The notes under the pieces were generated by a model, which ran no database searches, was not told the origin of the DNA, and saw only the letters and a list, made by a program, of their open reading frames with translations. DNA of 64,000 bases from Gammaproteobacteria bacterium (GTDB taxonomy: Bacteria > Pseudomonadota > Gammaproteobacteria > JAJDYQ01). The first letter of the stretch is position 1. Every line of letters begins with the position of its first letter. Position numbers and translations under genes: made by a program. Below, piece after piece: positions 59,055 through 64,000 of the stretch. The DNA lies in NCBI GenBank assembly GCA_965214035.1, contig OZ243932.1, forward strand, positions 937,215-1,001,214, read 5' to 3'.

Positions 59055-59774
59055 ATGTCGCTCACCCTCTTTGTATCGGACGTACACCTGCACCCGGAAC
59101 GACCGGCTATCCAGGATATTTTCAGCCGCTTCCTGCTTGACACTGCCCCCTCAGCGGACGCCCTGTACATTCTCGGAGATCTATTTGAATACTGGCTGGG
59201 GGATGATGATGTTGACTCACCTTACAGTGGCACCCTTGAGCTGCTGCATAAAGCCAGCCGTTCCACCCTCACCTACTTCATTGCCGGTAACCGTGATTTT
59301 CTGGTCGGCGAGCGATTCCAGAAGGAAAGTGGCTGCCGACTGCTGCCTGAGTACGAAACAATCGACCTGTACGGGCGCAATACCTTGATAACACATGGCG
59401 ATACCCTGTGTATCGATGACAGGGATTATCAGCGCTTTCGCGAGATGGTTCGCCGTTCAGAGTGGAACGACAAAGTAATGCAAATGCCTCTTGTACAACG
59501 CAAGGCCTATTTTCATTCCCTGCGCCAGGAAAGCCAAGACTTCAATGCCGTCAAGCCCGCTGAAATCATGGATGTCAGCCAACAGGAAGTCGAGCGCGTC
59601 ATGTCAGAGGCACATGTCGATCTGCTCATCCACGGCCATACTCACCGTCCAGCGATACATCACTTTCAGGCCAACGGCATCGAGAAAACCCGTATTGTTC
59701 TGGGTGACTGGTATAAACACGGGAATGTCCTGTATTACTTCGATAATGGAAATTATAAATTGATTGAGTTATAA
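59055..59774 (+). CDS. lpxH: UDP-2,3-diacylglucosamine pyrophosphohydrolase.
   Basis: The product is 239 aa with calcineurin-like metallophosphoesterase motifs (DVHL, GNRDF, GHTH). Confidence 0.85.
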   Translation: MSLTLFVSDVHLHPERPAIQDIFSRFLLDTAPSADALYILGDLFEYWLGDDDVDSPYSGTLELLHKASRSTLTYFIAGNRDFLVGERFQKESGCRLLPEYETIDLYGRNTLITHGDTLCIDDRDYQRFREMVRRSEWNDKVMQMPLVQRKAYFHSLRQESQDFNAVKPAEIMDVSQQEVERVMSEAHVDLLIHGHTHRPAIHHFQANGIEKTRIVLGDWYKHGNVLYYFDNGNYKLIEL

Positions 59775-60039
59775 TAACTTATTGGTTATCGAATTTTGGA
59801 CGCCATCAAAAAATGAAGACTTCCGATATTGAGTTACCGTCCAATAGAACATTTGGATTTTTCTTTGCCGCCGTTTTTGCTTTGGCGTGTGGCTACTTTA
59901 TTTATCAGGGTGCCGAGATATTTGCCTGGATACTGGGCGGTCTGGCTGTCATTTTTTTGTCGTCGGATTAATAAAGCCTCTTTTATTATCTATTGCTACA
60001 ATTATTGCTGGAGTAATAGCACTTATTAGTTTTTGGATA

Positions 60040-60438
60040 AAATCCGGGAAATCCAGCGCATCACAAGAGTGGTGGTTCTTCCATAGACGAGCGATATAGG
60101 CTTCTTAATGATTATGACAATGCGTTAAACAACGTATTCATTTCTACGATCATCGCAATCCAGAAGCTGATTGAAGACAAAGGCGGTAATGCCCACTTCA
60201 TCTATTACCCGGATGTTAATTCCATATCCATCAATGATCCACGTCACCTTATATGGAAGAATTTCATTTTCAAGGTGAGAGAGCAGGAGGGGATACAAAT
60301 AAGCGACCCCTATCCATACTTTATAAGGAACTCAACCTCCAACTCTCTGGTGTGGTCCACTATAGATCACCATCCGAATTATGAAGCCCATTCAATAATG
60401 GCCGATCACATTATTTCTAATATCTTGAAACTGGATTG
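60040..60438 (+). pseudogene. 3' fragment of an SGNH/GDSL-hydrolase-like gene with no start codon. The short hydrophobic ORFs just upstream (59829..60099) may be its frameshifted remainder.
   Basis: The open frame runs ...IDERYRLLNDYDNALNNVFIST...WSTIDHHPNYEAHSIMADHIISNILKLD* and contains the SGNH block-V-like DHHPN motif. An in-frame TAA lies at ~60037, and no ATG follows it until near the end. Confidence 0.3.
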
Positions 60439-60496
60439 ATAAGCAAGTAGATTAGAGCTTGCCTCAAAGCTAACCTGGCAATTTATACAAGAGACA

Positions 60497-62071
60497 TTAC
60501 TCCCACTCAATCGTTGCGGGTGGTTTGCCGGATATGTCATAAGTTACCCTGGAGATACGTGGAACTTCATTGATGATACGGCGCGATAAGCGATCCAGTA
60601 GATCGTATGGCAGACGGGCCCAGTGCGCCGTCATAAAATCAACGGTCTGTATCGCCCTGAGCACCACCACATGATCGTAACGGCGGGAATCTCCGGTGAC
60701 ACCAACGGATTTTACCGGCAGGAAAACAGCGAATGCCTGACTTACTTTGTCATACCAGCCTGAGTCCCGCAGCTCCTGGATAAAAATATCGTCGGCCAAG
60801 CGTAGAATATCCGCATATTCTTTTTTAACTTCACCCAGAATACGCACACCGAGACCCGGGCCGGGAAAAGGATGTCGATATATCATCTCCGGCGGCAGAC
60901 CGAGCTCGACACCGATTCGATGTACTTCATCTTTGAACAGTTCACGCAGCGGTTCGATAAGTTTCAGTTTCATATATGCCGGCAGGCCGCCTACATTATG
61001 ATGGGATTTAATAACCTTGGCCTTGCCTGTTGTGGAACCCGCAGACTCAATCACGTCCGGATAAATCGTGCCTTGCGCCAGCCATTTTATATCCCTGAGC
61101 TTTTTCGACTCTTCTTCAAATACTTCAATAAACAGGTTGCCGATAACTTTTCGCTTTTCCTCCGGCTCAATCTTGCCGGCAAGCCCGGCAAGAAAGCGGT
61201 CCTGTGCATTGACCCGAATAACCCGGACACCCATGTGCTCGGCAAAAGTCGCCATCACCTGATCACCTTCATTCAGGCGCAGCAGGCCGTTATCGACAAA
61301 AACACAGGTCAATCGATCTCCAATCGCCCGATGCAGGATTGCCGCAACTACCGATGAATCGACGCCACCGGACAAACCCAGCAGCACCTGATCATCACCT
61401 ACCTGCTCACCAATCCATCGTATAGCATCTTCAATAATGTTTTCCGGTGTCCACTCGGCAGCGCAACCACAAATATCATGGATAAAACGATTCAGGATAC
61501 GTTCACCCTGCGGGGTATGCGTGACCTCAGGGTGAAACTGAATACCGTAAAGCTGCCGCGACTCATCGGTCATGCCGGCCAGTGGTGCATTATCGGTACC
61601 GGCAATGACTTTGAAACCTTGCGGCAATGACTCGACCCGGTCACCATGGCTCATCCAGACATCCAGCATGGTGCCGCCTTCTGGAGTGATTTCGTCTGCA
61701 ATATCCTTTAGCAGTGCAGAATGCCCATGGCAATGGACGCGGGCAAAACCGAATTCATGCTTCAAGGCATTGGCTACTTCGCCCCCTAATTGTGCTGCCA
61801 TAACCTGCATCCCGTAACAAATCCCCAGTACCGGGACACCTGCCTCAAACAACCACGGGACAGCACGTGGTGTTTTATCATCCGTAACCGTTTCCGGCCC
61901 ACCAGAAAGAATAATTCCTCTGGGCGCAAAATCCTGGAAACGCTCAACATCAGCATCCCAGGGCATGATTTCACAATAAACCATAGCCTCGCGCACGCGG
62001 CGTGCGATAAGCTGGGTATATTGCGAACCAAAATCCACAACCAGAATGCGGTCCGAATGGATGTCACTCAT
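60497..62071 (-). CDS. guaA: GMP synthase (glutamine-hydrolysing).
   Basis: The product is 524 aa. The GATase catalytic motif is GICYGMQ, and the ATP-PPase motif is SGGVDSSV. Confidence 0.9.
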   Translation of the reverse strand: MSDIHSDRILVVDFGSQYTQLIARRVREAMVYCEIMPWDADVERFQDFAPRGIILSGGPETVTDDKTPRAVPWLFEAGVPVLGICYGMQVMAAQLGGEVANALKHEFGFARVHCHGHSALLKDIADEITPEGGTMLDVWMSHGDRVESLPQGFKVIAGTDNAPLAGMTDESRQLYGIQFHPEVTHTPQGERILNRFIHDICGCAAEWTPENIIEDAIRWIGEQVGDDQVLLGLSGGVDSSVVAAILHRAIGDRLTCVFVDNGLLRLNEGDQVMATFAEHMGVRVIRVNAQDRFLAGLAGKIEPEEKRKVIGNLFIEVFEEESKKLRDIKWLAQGTIYPDVIESAGSTTGKAKVIKSHHNVGGLPAYMKLKLIEPLRELFKDEVHRIGVELGLPPEMIYRHPFPGPGLGVRILGEVKKEYADILRLADDIFIQELRDSGWYDKVSQAFAVFLPVKSVGVTGDSRRYDHVVVLRAIQTVDFMTAHWARLPYDLLDRLSRRIINEVPRISRVTYDISGKPPATIEWE

Positions 62072-62094
62072 TACAAGCGTCCCGAAAAGAAGGA

Positions 62095-63555
62095 TTATTT
62101 GTGGTAGTTGGGTGCTTCTTTGGTGATTGTTACATCATGCACGTGACTTTCTTCTACGCCGGCCCCGGTAATTTTCACAAATTCGGGCCGAGTGCGCATT
62201 TCATCCAGCGTTCGGCATCCCACATAACCCATGCTGGCGCGCAACCCACCAATGAACTGATGTACAATAGGGACCAGCGAACCTTTATAAGGCACACGGC
62301 CCTCAATACCCTCAGGCACGAGCTTTTCTGCTTCGACCGAATCTTGAAAATAACGGTCGCTCGAACCCTCCCTGTCAGCCATTGCCCCCAGCGAACCCAT
62401 GCCGCGATAGGATTTATACGAACGCCCCTGATACAGCTCGACCTGACCGGGGGCCTCTTCCGTACCGGCAAACACACTGCCCACCATTACCGTAGAGGCA
62501 CCGGCAGCAATCGCCTTCGACATATCCCCGGAATAACGGATGCCACCATCAGCAATGACCGGAATACCCCTGTGCTCCAGTGCCCGAACTGCCTCTGCTA
62601 TAGCCGTTACCTGAGGAACGCCGACACCGGCAACAATGCGAGTAGTGCAAATTGAACCGGGCCCTATACCTACCTTGACCGCATCTGCACCGGCATCAGC
62701 AAGTGCCAGTGCGCCGTCATGGCTGGCAATATTGCCTCCGATGACCTGCACATGAGGAAACTTCTTTTTTACCCAGGCAACACGGTCCAGCACACCTTTT
62801 GAGTGACCATGGGCGGTATCAACCACAACCACATCAACGCCCGCCTCTACCAGTGCTTCAACACGTTCATCCGTGCCCTCCCCTGTGCCAACTGCAGCCC
62901 CCACACGCAGACGACCTTCTCCATCCTTGCTGGCCATGGGCTTTTCACGAGCTTTCTGAATATCCTTGACGGTAATCATTCCACGCAGCCGGAAATCATC
63001 GGTGACCACCAGAATCTTCTCAATACGGTGTGCATGCAACAGATCAATGACCTCAGCACGATCAGCTCCCTCTTTCACTGTTACCAGCCTGTCCTTCGGT
63101 GTCATAATGGCTGATACCGGTTCATCCAGACGTTTTTCAAAGCGCAGGTCACGACTGGTAACAATACCCAGCAGCTCATCACCCTTAACCACCGGCATAC
63201 CGGAAAATCCTTTGTTGCGGCGCAAGGCAATCACCTCTCCTGTTTTCATATCGGGAGTGACCGTGACTGGATCGGTGATAATCCCGCTTTCAAATTTCTT
63301 GACCAGACGGACTTCTCTGGCCTGCTGCTTAATCATCATATTTTTGTGAATGACACCTATTCCTCCCTCCTGAGCCAGCGCAATAGCCAGCTTGGACTCT
63401 GTTACCGTATCCATAGCGGCAGAAATTAACGGGATGTGCAAACGTATATTGCATGTTAATCGAGTCGATAAATCGACATTGCCCGGCAACACCTCCGAAT
63501 AGGCCGGCAGTAATAAAACATCATCAAATGTCAGGGCTTCATGGGAAATACGCAT
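62095..63555 (-). CDS. guaB: IMP dehydrogenase.
   Basis: The product is 486 aa with CBS domains and the catalytic loop [11 protein letters not shown]. Confidence 0.9.
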   Translation of the reverse strand: MRISHEALTFDDVLLLPAYSEVLPGNVDLSTRLTCNIRLHIPLISAAMDTVTESKLAIALAQEGGIGVIHKNMMIKQQAREVRLVKKFESGIITDPVTVTPDMKTGEVIALRRNKGFSGMPVVKGDELLGIVTSRDLRFEKRLDEPVSAIMTPKDRLVTVKEGADRAEVIDLLHAHRIEKILVVTDDFRLRGMITVKDIQKAREKPMASKDGEGRLRVGAAVGTGEGTDERVEALVEAGVDVVVVDTAHGHSKGVLDRVAWVKKKFPHVQVIGGNIASHDGALALADAGADAVKVGIGPGSICTTRIVAGVGVPQVTAIAEAVRALEHRGIPVIADGGIRYSGDMSKAIAAGASTVMVGSVFAGTEEAPGQVELYQGRSYKSYRGMGSLGAMADREGSSDRYFQDSVEAEKLVPEGIEGRVPYKGSLVPIVHQFIGGLRASMGYVGCRTLDEMRTRPEFVKITGAGVEESHVHDVTITKEAPNYHK

Positions 63556-63667
63556 TGGCTACCGGTCTCCTGTAGTGTGACGTGGCAGGATTGAACCGCT
63601 ATTATAGCAGCTCAATTCACCCAGTGATATGCCCAGTACAAGGCTGTACCACCTGCAAATATTTTCC

Positions 63668-64000
63668 ATGCGCCACATCTATACCGTAACCGAAATAAAC
63701 AGCATCACCAAAACCATGCTGGAACAGTCGCTGGGGCTGATATGGATCGAGGCCGAAATATCAGGCATCGTTCGCCCTGCCTCAGGCCATCTCTACTTTT
63801 CTCTGAAAGATGCCTCGGCACAAATCCGCTGCGCATTTTTCAAACAACGTAACCACCTGTTGAATTTCAGACTTGTGGACGGAATGAAGGCACTGGTACG
63901 TGGCAGAATCAGCCTTTACGAACCGCGTGGTGATTACCAGCTCATTGTAGAGTACATCGAACCAGCCGGCGAAGGCGAACTCCGTCAGGCATACGAATTA
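63668..64000 (+). CDS. xseA: Exodeoxyribonuclease VII large subunit, 5' portion (continues past the window end).
   Basis: The N-terminal OB-fold sequence is LGLIWIEAEISGIVRPASGHLYFSLKD. The gene is divergent from guaB, as in E. coli. Confidence 0.7.
   Translation, partial: MRHIYTVTEINSITKTMLEQSLGLIWIEAEISGIVRPASGHLYFSLKDASAQIRCAFFKQRNHLLNFRLVDGMKALVRGRISLYEPRGDYQLIVEYIEPAGEGELRQAYEL

Overview
This 64 kb window looks like a gammaproteobacterial chromosomal segment. Its core synteny resembles E. coli: pepA-holC lie divergent from lptF-lptG, followed by ppc, then yafS-rnhA-dnaQ, then uvrC-pgsA-tRNA(Gly-Cys-Leu), ligA, ppiB-lpxH, and guaBA divergent from xseA. A family of three giant modular surface-protein genes dominates the window: copy 0 at 1..2466 (3' end only), copy 1 at 10992..24842 (~4600 aa) and copy 2 at ~26984..35368 (~2800 aa). 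Each encodes tandem ~100-aa Calx-beta-like and Ig-like repeats and ends in a conserved ~490-aa C-terminal domain with autotransporter-like beta-barrel features (terminal ...WKLNW). Copies 1 and 2 sit in a tandem segmental duplication of 15,988 bp and 10,458 bp units. The duplication junction fuses the first 52 nt of rnhA to an internal ppc site at a 5-bp microhomology (CCCGG). Each unit carries a ppc 5' fragment (the full ppc copy or a 324-nt remnant), the intergenic leader, a giant gene, a decayed FNR/CRP-family pseudogene and a yafS-like methyltransferase. The giant genes' 5' leaders are hypervariable. They contain long poly-C tracts (28 and 19 C), an SD-preceded upstream ORF (uORF) whose frame differs between copies by a 1-nt indel, and a 13-bp direct repeat spanning the start codon. 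That repeat has 2 copies in gene copy 1 and 1 copy in gene copy 2, which frameshifts copy 2. Copy 2 also carries a ~370-bp insertion of small palindromic repeats with an ATTCCC-N8-GGGAAT core, like Neisseria dRS3. This is a strong candidate multi-layer phase-variation and cassette-shuffling system for giant adhesins. Other notable items are an AddAB-type helicase-nuclease pair, a MoxR/DUF58/transglutaminase operon, and a KAS-III-like enzyme translationally coupled to a polytopic membrane protein with a Fis-type HTH. There is also a periplasmic cyclophilin with a Cys-containing ~100-aa insertion, an AT-rich islet next to tRNA-Leu, and several gene remnants: a DNA methyltransferase fragment, an SGNH hydrolase fragment, and rnhA and ppc fragments.
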